A program made the translations under genes and the position numbers. Source: Gemmatimonadota bacterium (GTDB lineage Bacteria > Gemmatimonadota > Gemmatimonadetes > Longimicrobiales > Gaopeijiaceae). Taken from it: a stretch of 35,388 nt of DNA. Of the stretch, positions 19,654-28,953 are shown piece by piece. The stretch spans positions 1 through 35,388 of the forward strand of contig JBDHHQ010000050.1 of assembly GCA_039589315.1 (NCBI GenBank). Reading direction: 5' to 3'. How positions within the stretch are numbered: position 1 is the stretch's first letter; each line of letters opens with the position of its first letter. Below the pieces are notes generated by a model, which was not told the DNA's origin, searched no databases, and saw only the letters and a program-made list of their open reading frames with translations.

Positions 19654-20319
19654 TCAGAGGCCGGGATCGTCCTCGCCGCGGAACGTGGCCGGATCGTCGA
19701 GTAGCGCCTGAAGGGACGCGAACCAGCGGCCCACGTGGACTCCGTCCGCCAGGGCGTGGTGGACGTCGATGGCGACGGGCATGAAGCGCCTGCCGTCACG
19801 GTCGAAGTGACGGCCGAATACGATCTTCGGGACGGAGTCGCCGTTCCGGAGGCGGCGCGCGTGGGTGAAGCTGGTGAAGGAGACCCACGGGATGACGGAG
19901 TAGTGGATCAGGTCGTCCCGGTCGTCCCGGGGATCGAGGGGGGTCGCGTCGTGCCGTGCCCGGTCCAACACCGTCACGGCGTCCGCCTGGAAACGACCAT
20001 AGTCGGGGCTGTACTCGAAGTACGCGAAGGTGAAGGTGTCGTCGTGCCTGAGCACTGTGGAGCCCGGGTGGACGACGTCGTGCACGACGACGCCCTGGTC
20101 GCGGATCCGCAGGCGTAGCGCCTCCACACCGTTGGCGGCGCGGGTCGACGCGTACAGCGCCCCCAGGAAGAACGAGGGACCGCTCTCCGCCCTCGAGTCC
20201 GCGTGGAGGCGTGTCACGTCCACCTCGGCACAGAGGCTGAAGAACGGGTCGTCGTAGTCGAGGAAGAAGCGGAAGTGATCCCGCCGCTCCCATGTGGACA
20301 GGTCGATCTTTCGAGCCAT
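19654..20319 (-). CDS. CatA-like O-acetyltransferase (chloramphenicol acetyltransferase type A fold)
   Basis: KIDLSTWERRDHFRFF N-terminus, SVIPWVSFTSF, PKIVFGR and catalytic HHALADGVH motif. Confidence 0.88.
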   Translation of the reverse strand: MARKIDLSTWERRDHFRFFLDYDDPFFSLCAEVDVTRLHADSRAESGPSFFLGALYASTRAANGVEALRLRIRDQGVVVHDVVHPGSTVLRHDDTFTFAYFEYSPDYGRFQADAVTVLDRARHDATPLDPRDDRDDLIHYSVIPWVSFTSFTHARRLRNGDSVPKIVFGRHFDRDGRRFMPVAIDVHHALADGVHVGRWFASLQALLDDPATFRGEDDPGL

Positions 20320-20461
20320 GGGGCTGAAGGTGTCCGGGCAAGTCCGTCCTGACCAGGGCCCACCGGCTCGGTCCTCCATCTTTCGCATTCCCTCGCCGTC
20401 CGTTCCTTTGGCCGGTGGCAAGCTGGTCGGTGAGCCAGATACACCTCGAGGAGAGCCCTAC

Positions 20462-21664
20462 ATGCCCGGCACCGAAGTATTCGGCGGGGAGGAGAGGAAG
20501 GAAGCCGGCGACGTCCTGGAGACGGGCGCCCTGTTCCGATACGGTCACGACGAGTTGCGCCGGGGGATGTGGAAGGCCCGAGAGCTCGAGGCGGAAGTAC
20601 GCCACCTCACGGGAGCCCGCCACGCCCACGCCGTTTCCAGCGGCTCCACCGCCGTGGCGTGCGCGCTGGCGGCGGCACGGATCGGACACGGCCATGAGGT
20701 GATCGTACCTCCCTTCACGTACCTCGCCACGATCGAGGCGGTGCTCCTCGCCGGCGGTCTGCCCGTCTTCGGCGACATCGACGACACGCTCTGCTTGAGC
20801 CCGGATGGGATCCGCGACGCCGTCACACCCGACACGAAGGCGGTGCTGCTCGTTCACATGTGCGGGGCCGCAGCGGACATGGAGGGCATTCTCGCAGTCT
20901 GTCGCGAGCACGAGCTCGTGCTGGTGGAGGACGCGGGCCAGGCGCTTGGGGCCTATCACGGGGGAACGTCAGTGGGACGCTTCGGGGCGGCCGGCGCGTT
21001 TTCGTTCGACTTCTTCAAGATCACGACCTGCGGCGAGGGCGGGCTCTTCATCACCGACAGCGATGAGACCTACGCGCTTGCCGACAGCTACTCAGACCAC
21101 GGCCACGACCACGTGGGTGACAACCGCGGCATGGAGCAGCACCCGATCCTGGGCTTCAACTACCGTATCAGCGAGCTCAACGCGGCGGTGGGCCTGGCAC
21201 AGATGCGCAAGCTGGGTTGGATGCTGGAGAGAAACCGGGCCAACAAGGCCGCTCTTCGGGACCGGCTCGCCGCGGTCCCCGGGGTGGGCTTCCGCCGCAT
21301 GCCGGATCCCGAAGGCGATTCGGCCACCTTTTTGAACGTGCTCCTGCCGGATACCCCGACTGCCGGCCGAGCGGCCCAGCGACTGGCCGAGGCGGGCGTG
21401 CCCGGTGTCAACTACTGGTTCACGAACATGTACCACTTCATCAACCAGTGGGATCACATCAAGGATCTGAAGGCGGCTGCTCCCCTGGCCATCCATCATC
21501 TCGGTGCGCCCCAGGACTACCATACGCTGGAGCTCCCCGGGGCTCAGGAGACCATTGGCCGCCTCATCTCACTGGGGATCCGGTGCACCTGGTCCGAGGA
21601 AGAGGTGCGGGGCATCGGCGACCGAGCCGCCGCCGTCCTGAAGGACGTGATGATCGAGACGTGA
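20462..21664 (+). CDS. kdnA: 8-amino-3,8-dideoxy-manno-octulosonate (Kdo8N) transaminase, DegT/DnrJ family
   Basis: MPGTEVFGGEERKE start, VHMCG, SFDFFKITTCGEGG (PLP Lys), SDHGHDHVGDNRG..HPILGFNYRISE; matches the KdnA pattern as I recall it; next to kdnB; GAGGAG SD. Confidence 0.85.
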   Translation: MPGTEVFGGEERKEAGDVLETGALFRYGHDELRRGMWKARELEAEVRHLTGARHAHAVSSGSTAVACALAAARIGHGHEVIVPPFTYLATIEAVLLAGGLPVFGDIDDTLCLSPDGIRDAVTPDTKAVLLVHMCGAAADMEGILAVCREHELVLVEDAGQALGAYHGGTSVGRFGAAGAFSFDFFKITTCGEGGLFITDSDETYALADSYSDHGHDHVGDNRGMEQHPILGFNYRISELNAAVGLAQMRKLGWMLERNRANKAALRDRLAAVPGVGFRRMPDPEGDSATFLNVLLPDTPTAGRAAQRLAEAGVPGVNYWFTNMYHFINQWDHIKDLKAAAPLAIHHLGAPQDYHTLELPGAQETIGRLISLGIRCTWSEEEVRGIGDRAAAVLKDVMIET

Positions 21665-21673
21665 GGAGGGCGC

Positions 21674-21701
21674 GCCAACTCCCCCTGCAGCGGGAGTTGG
21701 C
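21674..21701 (+). terminator. Stem-loop between kdnA and kdnB
   Basis: GCCAACTCCC-8 nt-GGGAGTTGGC 10-bp stem just after the kdnA stop; no U-tract. Confidence 0.35.
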
Positions 21702-21814
21702 TCCGTCGGTGGCTCCCCGGCCCCGACGCCCGTAGACTTGCTCTCCATCGAGAGCACACCGACCACAACCGGTCCCCGGACCTGGACGCCCGCTGGGACC
21801 CCATTCCACACGTG

Positions 21815-22894
21815 ATGCACCGGAACTTCAAGAACGTCGGGAAGACCGTATACGGACGAGGGTGCTTCGACCAGCTCGGCGACATCTTGAGCCCGCAGCG
21901 AGAGGTCGAGGAGGGCTTCATCGTCTTTCTGGTGGATGACTTCTTCCAGGACCGGGCGCTGACCGGGCGAATCCCGGCAGAGGAGGGAGACGTCGTCCGC
22001 TTCATCGACGCCAGCCACGACGAGCCCACGACCGCACAGGTGGACGAGCTTCGCGACGACATCCTGTCCGAACAGGGCGTGCCCGGCGGAGTCGTGGGGA
22101 TCGGCGGCGGCAGCGTCATGGACCTGGCCAAGGCGCTGGCGCTCATGTTCACCAACGAGGGCTCGTCACGGTCGTACCAGGGGCTCAACCTCATCAAGCG
22201 GCCAGGCGTGTGGCACTGCGGCGTGCCCACCATCTCGGGGACGGGAGCCGAGTGCTCCATGACCGCGGTGCTCACCGGGCCCGAGAAGAAGCTGGGCCTC
22301 AAGTGCGAGTGGACACCCTTCGATCAGGTGGTGATGGACCCGGAGCTACCCGCCACGGTGCCCCGGAACCACTGGTTCTATACGGGCATGGACTGCTACA
22401 TCCACTGCTGTGAATCGGCCAGCGGCCGTTACTACAACACGTTTAGCCGCGCCTATGGCGACCAGGCCATCGAGCTGTGTCGAGAGGTCTACCTGAACCA
22501 GGACTCGGGCCAGACCCCGGAGAACGACGAGAAGCTCATGGTAGCCTCGCTCTTCGGCGGTCTGAGCCTGACCTACTCCGAGGTGGGCGTGTGCCACGCA
22601 CTCTCCTACGGACTCTCCTACGTTCTCAAGATGCGCCACGGCTTGGCCAACTGCGTGGCGTTCGGTCAGCTGGACGACTTCTACGGCCCGGCGGTCCAGG
22701 AGTTCAGAGCCATGGTGGACCAGCACCGGATCGACATCCCCTCGGGGTTGGCCGGTGGGTGGACCGACGACCAGATCACCCAGATGGCGGAGGTGGCGCT
22801 TGCCCTCGATCACATGTGGGACCACGCCGTCGGGCCGGACTGGAGGGACGAGGTATCCCTGGACCGGGTGAGGGAGCTGCTCCACCGCATGTGA
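21815..22894 (+). CDS. kdnB: Kdo 8-oxidase, iron-containing alcohol dehydrogenase family
   Basis: RNFKNVGKTVYGRGCFDQL, GIGGGSVMDLAKA, PTISGTGAE, WFYTGMDCYIHC and CHALSYGLS..HGLANC; downstream of kdnA. Start is ATG 21815 or GTG 21812. Confidence 0.85.
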   Translation: MHRNFKNVGKTVYGRGCFDQLGDILSPQREVEEGFIVFLVDDFFQDRALTGRIPAEEGDVVRFIDASHDEPTTAQVDELRDDILSEQGVPGGVVGIGGGSVMDLAKALALMFTNEGSSRSYQGLNLIKRPGVWHCGVPTISGTGAECSMTAVLTGPEKKLGLKCEWTPFDQVVMDPELPATVPRNHWFYTGMDCYIHCCESASGRYYNTFSRAYGDQAIELCREVYLNQDSGQTPENDEKLMVASLFGGLSLTYSEVGVCHALSYGLSYVLKMRHGLANCVAFGQLDDFYGPAVQEFRAMVDQHRIDIPSGLAGGWTDDQITQMAEVALALDHMWDHAVGPDWRDEVSLDRVRELLHRM

Positions 22895-23015
22895 CCGCGA
22901 CCCACACCGGTCGTCCGAACCGACCTGCGACGGACCCGGCCTCGTCCTCCGACTCCCAATTGCACGGCTGCCTTCGCGACCAGCCCATGTGCACGATCCT
23001 TCGAGGAGAGCGACA

Positions 23016-25271
23016 ATGACGCGTTTCTGGACGCGATCCCTCACGACCGTGGGGGTAGCCCTCGTGGCACTGGCCCTCGTTCCCGCTCAGTCCTCCGAGC
23101 ACGGGATGTTGGGCTTCACCGCCGAAGGCGCCCAGGCTCAGCGGGAGCTGGAGGCCCGTTTCGATGCGCAGCTCCGCGCCGAGAACCTGCGGGACTGGAT
23201 GCGGCGCATGACGGAGAAGCCGTTTTACGTCGGGGCCCCGCACAACCGGGCCAACGCCGAGTGGACGAGGGACCAGTTCCGGTCCTGGGGCTACGACGCC
23301 GAGATCGTCGAGTACCAGGTCCTCTTCCCCACTCCCCGGGTCCGGGAGGTGGAGATGGTGGCTCCGGAACGGTACCGGGCTGAGCTGCGCGAGCCCACGC
23401 TCGCCGAAGACGCCACCTCCGGCATCGAAGAGGACCGGCTCCCGACCTACAACGCGTACTCGGCCGACGGCGACGTCACCGGCGAGCTCGTTTACGTCAA
23501 TTACGGGATTCCGGACGATTACGAGGAGCTGGAGCGCCGGGGTATCGACGTCGAGGGCAAGATCGTGATCGCCCGCTACGGCGGATCATGGCGGGGTATC
23601 AAGCCGAAGGTCGCGCACGAGCATGGCGCCATCGCCACCATCCTCTACTCCGACCCCCGGGACGACGGATACTACCAGGGCGACGTCTACCCCGAGGGGC
23701 CGTACCGCATGGAGCACGGCGTCCAGCGGGGCTCCGTCTCCGACATGCCCCAGTACCCGGGCGATCCTCTCACCCCCGGGGTGGGAGCCACTGCCGACGC
23801 CGAGCGGATGACGGTCGAGGAGTCGCCCACGGTCATGAAGATCCCGGTGCTGCCCATCTCGTACGCGGACGCGCAGCCGCTGTTGGAGGCGTTGGCGGGC
23901 CCGGTCGCGCCCGAGTCTTGGCGAGGCGCCCTCCCCATCACCTATCACATGGGGCCCGGCCCCGCCCAGGTTCGCGTCCACCTGGAGTTCGACTGGGGGC
24001 TGAAGCCGGCCTACGACGTGATCGCCAGGATGGAGGGCGCCGAGTTCCTGGACCAGTGGGTCATGCGCGGCAACCACCGGGACGGCTGGGCCATGGGGGC
24101 GGCAGATCCCATCAGCGGCCACGTGGCCATGATGGAGGAGGCGCGGGCCATCGGCGAGCTGGCGGGGCAGGGCTGGCGCCCGCGGCGGACGATCGTCTAC
24201 GGCTCGTGGGATGCCGAGGAGCCCGGCCTCCTGGGCTCCACCGAGTGGGCCGAGGACCACGCTCAGGAGCTGCGCCAGAAGCTCGCCCTCTACACCAACA
24301 CCGACGGCAGCGGCCGGGGATTCCTGGGAGTCGGTGGGTCTCACACCTTGGAGAAGTTCATCAACCAGGTCGCCAAGGACGTCCCGGATCCGCAGACGGG
24401 CGTCACCGTGTGGGAGCGGGCTCAGGCGCGACGGGCCGTCGATGGCGACGACGAGGCCCTGGTGCGGGAGGACCTGAGGATCTCACCGCTGGGCTCCGGG
24501 TCCGACTACACGCCGTTCCTCCAGCATCTCGGCATCGCGTCCCTGAACCTCGGCTTCGGCGGGGAGAGCGGCGGCGGATCCTACCACTCTCAGTTCGACT
24601 CGTTCGACCACTACTCGCGCTTCGGCGACCCCGGTTTCGAGTACGGCGTGGCCTTGGCGCGGACTGCGGGCCGCGTGACGCTGCGGTTCGCGAACGCGGA
24701 CGTGCTCCCCTTCCAGTTCGGCAACTTCGCCGACAACGTCGCCATGTACGTGGACCAGGTCGTTCAGCTCGCCGAGGATCTGCGTCAGGAGACCGAGCGG
24801 CGGAACGAGCTGGTCACCATGAACGCGTACGCGCTCTCGGCCGACCCGACGGAGACCTACCTACCGCCGTCGTCCCAGGAAGCGGTGCCGCATTTGAACT
24901 TCGCCCCGCTCAGGAACGCGCTGGCCGAGCTGGAGGAGCGGGCGACGGCCTACGACGGGGCACTGCACGACGTGATGGCTGGCGGCGGTCCCGACAGTGG
25001 AACCCTCGGCCGGCTCAACGAGGTGCTGATGAGCACCGAGCGGCTCATGACTCGCGAAGCGGGGCTGCCCCGAAGACCCTGGTTCCGGCATCAGATCTAC
25101 GCGCCCGGCTTCTACACGGGCTACGGTGTGAAGACGCTACCCGGCGTGCGAGAGGCCCTCGAGCAGCGGACGTGGGACGAGGCGACGGAGCACGTGGAGA
25201 TCGCCGCGGCTACCATCCTCGAGGTGGCGGCGGCCATCGACGAGGCTGCCTCCATACTCGGCGCCATGTAG
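23016..25271 (+). CDS. M28 family peptidase, glutamate carboxypeptidase II-like (PA domain plus transferrin-receptor-like dimerisation domain)
   Basis: Signal peptide; LVYVNYG..GKIVIARYG PA domain; Zn ligand motifs GNHRDGW, DPISG, WDAEE, GSGSDY and YHSQFD; PWFRHQIYAPG; GAGGAG SD. Confidence 0.92.
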   Translation: MTRFWTRSLTTVGVALVALALVPAQSSEHGMLGFTAEGAQAQRELEARFDAQLRAENLRDWMRRMTEKPFYVGAPHNRANAEWTRDQFRSWGYDAEIVEYQVLFPTPRVREVEMVAPERYRAELREPTLAEDATSGIEEDRLPTYNAYSADGDVTGELVYVNYGIPDDYEELERRGIDVEGKIVIARYGGSWRGIKPKVAHEHGAIATILYSDPRDDGYYQGDVYPEGPYRMEHGVQRGSVSDMPQYPGDPLTPGVGATADAERMTVEESPTVMKIPVLPISYADAQPLLEALAGPVAPESWRGALPITYHMGPGPAQVRVHLEFDWGLKPAYDVIARMEGAEFLDQWVMRGNHRDGWAMGAADPISGHVAMMEEARAIGELAGQGWRPRRTIVYGSWDAEEPGLLGSTEWAEDHAQELRQKLALYTNTDGSGRGFLGVGGSHTLEKFINQVAKDVPDPQTGVTVWERAQARRAVDGDDEALVREDLRISPLGSGSDYTPFLQHLGIASLNLGFGGESGGGSYHSQFDSFDHYSRFGDPGFEYGVALARTAGRVTLRFANADVLPFQFGNFADNVAMYVDQVVQLAEDLRQETERRNELVTMNAYALSADPTETYLPPSSQEAVPHLNFAPLRNALAELEERATAYDGALHDVMAGGGPDSGTLGRLNEVLMSTERLMTREAGLPRRPWFRHQIYAPGFYTGYGVKTLPGVREALEQRTWDEATEHVEIAAATILEVAAAIDEAASILGAM

Positions 25272-25357
25272 CGGCTTCGGGGGAGGCGGGCCACGACGGC
25301 CAGACCGACCACGGCTACCCGCGGCACCGCCGCGAGACCGGCGCGACAGTCTCCCGC

Positions 25358-26506
25358 TCAGGCGTCCCGTGAAGCGAATTCGGGGGCCCGGACCCAGTCG
25401 GGGCGGTCGCGCCCAGGTACGGCGGCCAGGCCCACGAGCAATACGACCACGGCACCGGTGACGAGGAGCGTTCGTCGGAGACGCCATGCCGGCGCCAGGA
25501 TCTCGGCCCGGTCCTTCTCGGCGATGATGGCCCAGCGGAGCCCTTCGAACTCCAGGAGGCCGTAGGCGGCGATGACCTCCTCGTCACGGTAGTCCCGCGT
25601 GTGCATGACACCGCTCCCGCCTGCCAGGGCGCGCCGAACCGACTCGGTGTCGGCCGTCAGGGTCAGGACGTCCGATTCGGGGCTGAAGCGGGAGTCGCTT
25701 CGCATGAGCAGATCCCCGCCCACCGCGTACGTCTCGCCCGTCTCGCCCATCCCCTCCGTGAACATCATGATCTCGTTCATCTCCTCGGCGCTGATCTGGG
25801 CGGCGAGGACGCCGAGCAGCACGCCGTCGTCGTCGTACGCGGGGCTGGCCGTGAAGAGCGCCGGAGCCCCGCCGCTGGGCTCATAGCGCGCGAAGTCCAC
25901 GAACGCCACGTAGTCCTTGTGCGACGCCTGAACGGACTGCCGGAACGCCGCTGCCAGACCGGTCCCCGACCAGGGACCGTCGAGGAGGTTGGTCGCGAAG
26001 TCGGGCTCCTTGAAGTAGCTGTAGACGACGTTTCCGTCGGCATCCGCCATGAAGACGTCGTAGTAACGGTGGATTTCCAGGAACTCGTCCACTACGGGCT
26101 GTCGCTCCGCGTGTAGAGCGGTGTAGCCGGAGCCGTCACCGGCATCGTTCAAGAGATGCCGCTGATCGTCGGGGAAGGGGTTCTCGTCGACGTACAGCCC
26201 ATGGAGTCGGGCCCCCGCGTCCGGCCCCAACGCGTCCCACGCTGCGGCGTACTGACCGAGCGACACCTTGAGGCGCCCGAAGTCGCTCCACAGAGCCATC
26301 TCGGAGCGTAGCTGCTCGAGACTCGACTCGAGCGTGGCGAGTCGGAGGGACATGAAGAGAAGTAGCTCTCGCTCCGCCTCCTGCACGAGGTCCCGGCGCA
26401 CCGAAGACATGATCGTCCATCCCGCGGCGACCACTGTGATCACCGCTATGCCGGCGGACCAGCCAACGCGGCGCCATCCGCTTGGAAAGCGTCTAGGCAT
26501 CGCCAT
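25358..26506 (-). CDS. Stand-alone dCache sensor-domain protein with two TM helices and no output domain
   Basis: TM1 (WSAGIAVITVVAAGWTIM); YYDVFMADADGNVVYS..KEPDFATNL, FVDFARYEPSGGAPALF, GMGETGETYAVG..LMRSDSRF, DYRDEEVIAAY..WAIIAEKD; TM2, then a tail of about 20 aa. ATG 26506 overlaps the end of TAXI. Confidence 0.8.
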   Translation of the reverse strand: MAMPRRFPSGWRRVGWSAGIAVITVVAAGWTIMSSVRRDLVQEAERELLLFMSLRLATLESSLEQLRSEMALWSDFGRLKVSLGQYAAAWDALGPDAGARLHGLYVDENPFPDDQRHLLNDAGDGSGYTALHAERQPVVDEFLEIHRYYDVFMADADGNVVYSYFKEPDFATNLLDGPWSGTGLAAAFRQSVQASHKDYVAFVDFARYEPSGGAPALFTASPAYDDDGVLLGVLAAQISAEEMNEIMMFTEGMGETGETYAVGGDLLMRSDSRFSPESDVLTLTADTESVRRALAGGSGVMHTRDYRDEEVIAAYGLLEFEGLRWAIIAEKDRAEILAPAWRLRRTLLVTGAVVVLLVGLAAVPGRDRPDWVRAPEFASRDA

Positions 26507-27848
26507 CGCTCTCCGCCGCGTAGCCTCCGGATGAAGCCGCACCACCCTCCACAGCACCTCCGGAAGAGGGGGGCACACCGCCACCCGCGGCCTCTCTCGA
26601 CGCGATCAGCCGGTCACGAATCGCCTCGTTCACGGCACTCCACGTCACCGAGAAGACGTTGAAGCCCTCCTCCGTCACCCGACCTTCCTCGGCATCGTCG
26701 ACCACGCGACCCAGGATGTCCATGAGGCTGTCCCGCTGGTGCTGAAGCGATGAGGTGTCACCCGTGTCCCGCGCTTCGCCGTACAACACGAGCACGTCGT
26801 TGTTGTACTGATCGATACGCCGCTTCTTCTGGTACGAGACGACCTGAAGCAGGCCGGAGCCCACCAGCAAGAATAGGGTGATGAACAGGGCCAGAGGCTC
26901 GGCGTTCTCCTGGAAGAAAGAGGGCTCGTCACGGGAGTAGTAGCGCTGGGCCCCCTCGTGCACCGGGATGAAGGTGCCGGCCACCTGGTCCGGGGCCTGG
27001 ATGAAGCCGGCCAACGGCGTCACGGTCACGAGATCCCGGCGCCGTTCGAACAGTACCGTGGTCAGGGCGGTAACGATCTCGGCGTCGAGCCCCTCGTCCG
27101 CCACCAACAGCCGTCGCACGATGGCCGTGGAGAGGTCAGTCTTCGGTAGCGGCGGGTTCCCCCGGTACGCGCCCTTGGGCAGGATCCCGTACTCGATCGC
27201 CGGCTGTTTCAGACCCATGGCCGGAGCCTGGTCGATGGGTACCACCTGACTGGGGCTGGTCTCGATGAGCTCCCGCACCGCTTCGTTCGCGGGAGCTCGG
27301 ACCCGGAACACGGCGTCGACCGCCTGGCTGAGCATGGCCCAGTTGGCCGATTCGCTCGTCATGGGAAGCGCCTCGAAGTCGGCCTCGGAAAGGCCGTAGT
27401 GGCTCACGAGGAACCAGAAGCTCTCGTGCTGACCGCTGCCCCGGGGCGGGATCGCGATCTTCTTCCCCCGGAGGTCCGCGACGCTGGCGATGTCGGCCTC
27501 GTCGCGCGCCACGAGCTGGAAGGCGTCGGGGTAGAGGGCGGCCACGAGCCGGGCCGACGGTGCCGGCGGGATGTTGGACTGGACGGCGGCCAGATCGATG
27601 CGACCTTCGTCGAGCAGGCTCATGTTCTGCGCCGTGCCCGAGGTCGCCAGAACCGTGATCTCCAGGTCCCTCGCGTATCGCTCGGCCACCTCGGCAACCG
27701 CCAGGGACAGCTCGAAGGCCTCTCCGTCAGCGGGCCCGGCGGCCAGGGTAATCCTGTGCACCCTTTCCCGCTCGTACACCATCCATGCCACGGTCAACGA
27801 GACGACCACGGCCAGGGCGGCAGCCACGAATCGAAAACGAAGTGTCAA
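26493..27848 (-). CDS. TAXI family solute-binding protein with N- and C-terminal TM helices and a cytoplasmic tail
   Basis: ITLAAGPADGE, TSGTAQNMSLL, IASVADLRGKKIAI, GILPKGAYRG and PVHEGAQRYY TAXI motifs; TM PLALFITLFLLVGSGLL followed by about 110 aa. Confidence 0.85.
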   Translation of the reverse strand: MTLRFRFVAAALAVVVSLTVAWMVYERERVHRITLAAGPADGEAFELSLAVAEVAERYARDLEITVLATSGTAQNMSLLDEGRIDLAAVQSNIPPAPSARLVAALYPDAFQLVARDEADIASVADLRGKKIAIPPRGSGQHESFWFLVSHYGLSEADFEALPMTSESANWAMLSQAVDAVFRVRAPANEAVRELIETSPSQVVPIDQAPAMGLKQPAIEYGILPKGAYRGNPPLPKTDLSTAIVRRLLVADEGLDAEIVTALTTVLFERRRDLVTVTPLAGFIQAPDQVAGTFIPVHEGAQRYYSRDEPSFFQENAEPLALFITLFLLVGSGLLQVVSYQKKRRIDQYNNDVLVLYGEARDTGDTSSLQHQRDSLMDILGRVVDDAEEGRVTEEGFNVFSVTWSAVNEAIRDRLIASREAAGGGVPPSSGGAVEGGAASSGGYAAESDGDA

Positions 27849-27971
27849 GCGACGACCTCGCTACTCAGAAGGGGGACGGGACGCGCCAGCGAATCCGGCC
27901 AGCGACACGCGAGGCGGGCCAGGGGCCGGGGGTCAACGGCGACCCACCACGGAGGCTGACGAGCCGTACCA

Positions 27972-28772
27972 TCACACGAACCGTCTGTCCCGCTTCTCGA
28001 CGAACGCCTCGTACGCCTCGCGGAAGTTCGGGTTCTGCATACAGACGGCCTGGGCCTGAGCCTCGGCCTCCAGCGCGCTGACCAGATCCGTGCTCGCTTC
28101 CCGGTTCAAGGCGTCCTTGGTGATCTCCAGCGCGAATGACGGACCGCGGGCCAGGGACTCGGCCAGGGCCATGGCTTCACCGCGGACCTCGTCCGGCGCC
28201 ACGACGCGGTTGTAGAGGCCGATGCGATGGGCCTCTTCGGCCGAGATGAAGTCCCCGGTCATGAGCAGCTCGGTGGCCTTCGCCAGGCCGACGATCCGGG
28301 GCAGTAACCACGAAGCGCCCATGTCGGCACCGGAGAGACCGACCTTGGTGAACAGGTACGCGATCTTGGCGGTCTCGGCCGCTACGCGCAGGTCGGCGGC
28401 GGTGGCGATCACGGCGCCGGCACCTGCCACGGTGCCGTTCAGCGCCGCGATGACGGGACGGCCGCACGCCCGCATGGCCAGGATCAGGTCGCAGGTCATC
28501 CGGGTGAAGTCCAACAGGCCTTCGTAATCCCGCTCGAACAGAGCGCCGATGATGTCCTCCACGTCTCCGCCGGAGCAGAACGCGCGGCCGCTTCCCGTGA
28601 TCACCACGGCGCGGACCCCTGGCTCCCGGTGGAGCGCCAGAAACGTGTCCCGGAGCTCGGCATAGATCTGAAAGGTCAACGCGTTGAGGCGATCGGGGCG
28701 GTTGAGCGTGATCGTGGCGACGCTGGTCTCTCGGTCGTGATCGTACAGGAACGACTGAGGTGCGATGCTCAT
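27972..28772 (-). CDS. Enoyl-CoA hydratase/isomerase (crotonase) family protein, abm-cluster type
   Basis: ATITLNRPDRLNAL, GRAFCSGGDV, PVIAALNGTVAGAG and FTKVGLSGADMGASWLLPRIVG; GGAG SD before ATG 28772. Confidence 0.92.
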   Translation of the reverse strand: MSIAPQSFLYDHDRETSVATITLNRPDRLNALTFQIYAELRDTFLALHREPGVRAVVITGSGRAFCSGGDVEDIIGALFERDYEGLLDFTRMTCDLILAMRACGRPVIAALNGTVAGAGAVIATAADLRVAAETAKIAYLFTKVGLSGADMGASWLLPRIVGLAKATELLMTGDFISAEEAHRIGLYNRVVAPDEVRGEAMALAESLARGPSFALEITKDALNREASTDLVSALEAEAQAQAVCMQNPNFREAYEAFVEKRDRRFV

Positions 28773-28953
28773 GGAATCTCCGGAACGTTTTGGCTCCTGG
28801 TCCGTACGCGCTGTTGGCGACTGCGGATCGTAGGGACCGGCGCCCCTCCTCACAACCAGCGGCACGCGGTCACAACCCGTGGGCTGCCGGGTATTGGGTC
28901 CCTGGCGATCGCACGGGAAGCGGGCGTCACCCTCGAGACCCCGGGCGGTCCTG

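Noticed and set aside
19654..20319. Acquired chloramphenicol-resistance cassette
   Set aside because: No integron, IS or plasmid features, and codon usage is host-like; only the fold assignment is supported.
23588..25372. 594-aa same-strand alternative-frame ORF within the M28 peptidase
   Set aside because: Arg/Gly/Pro-rich translation typical of stop-poor frames in high-GC DNA; no motifs.
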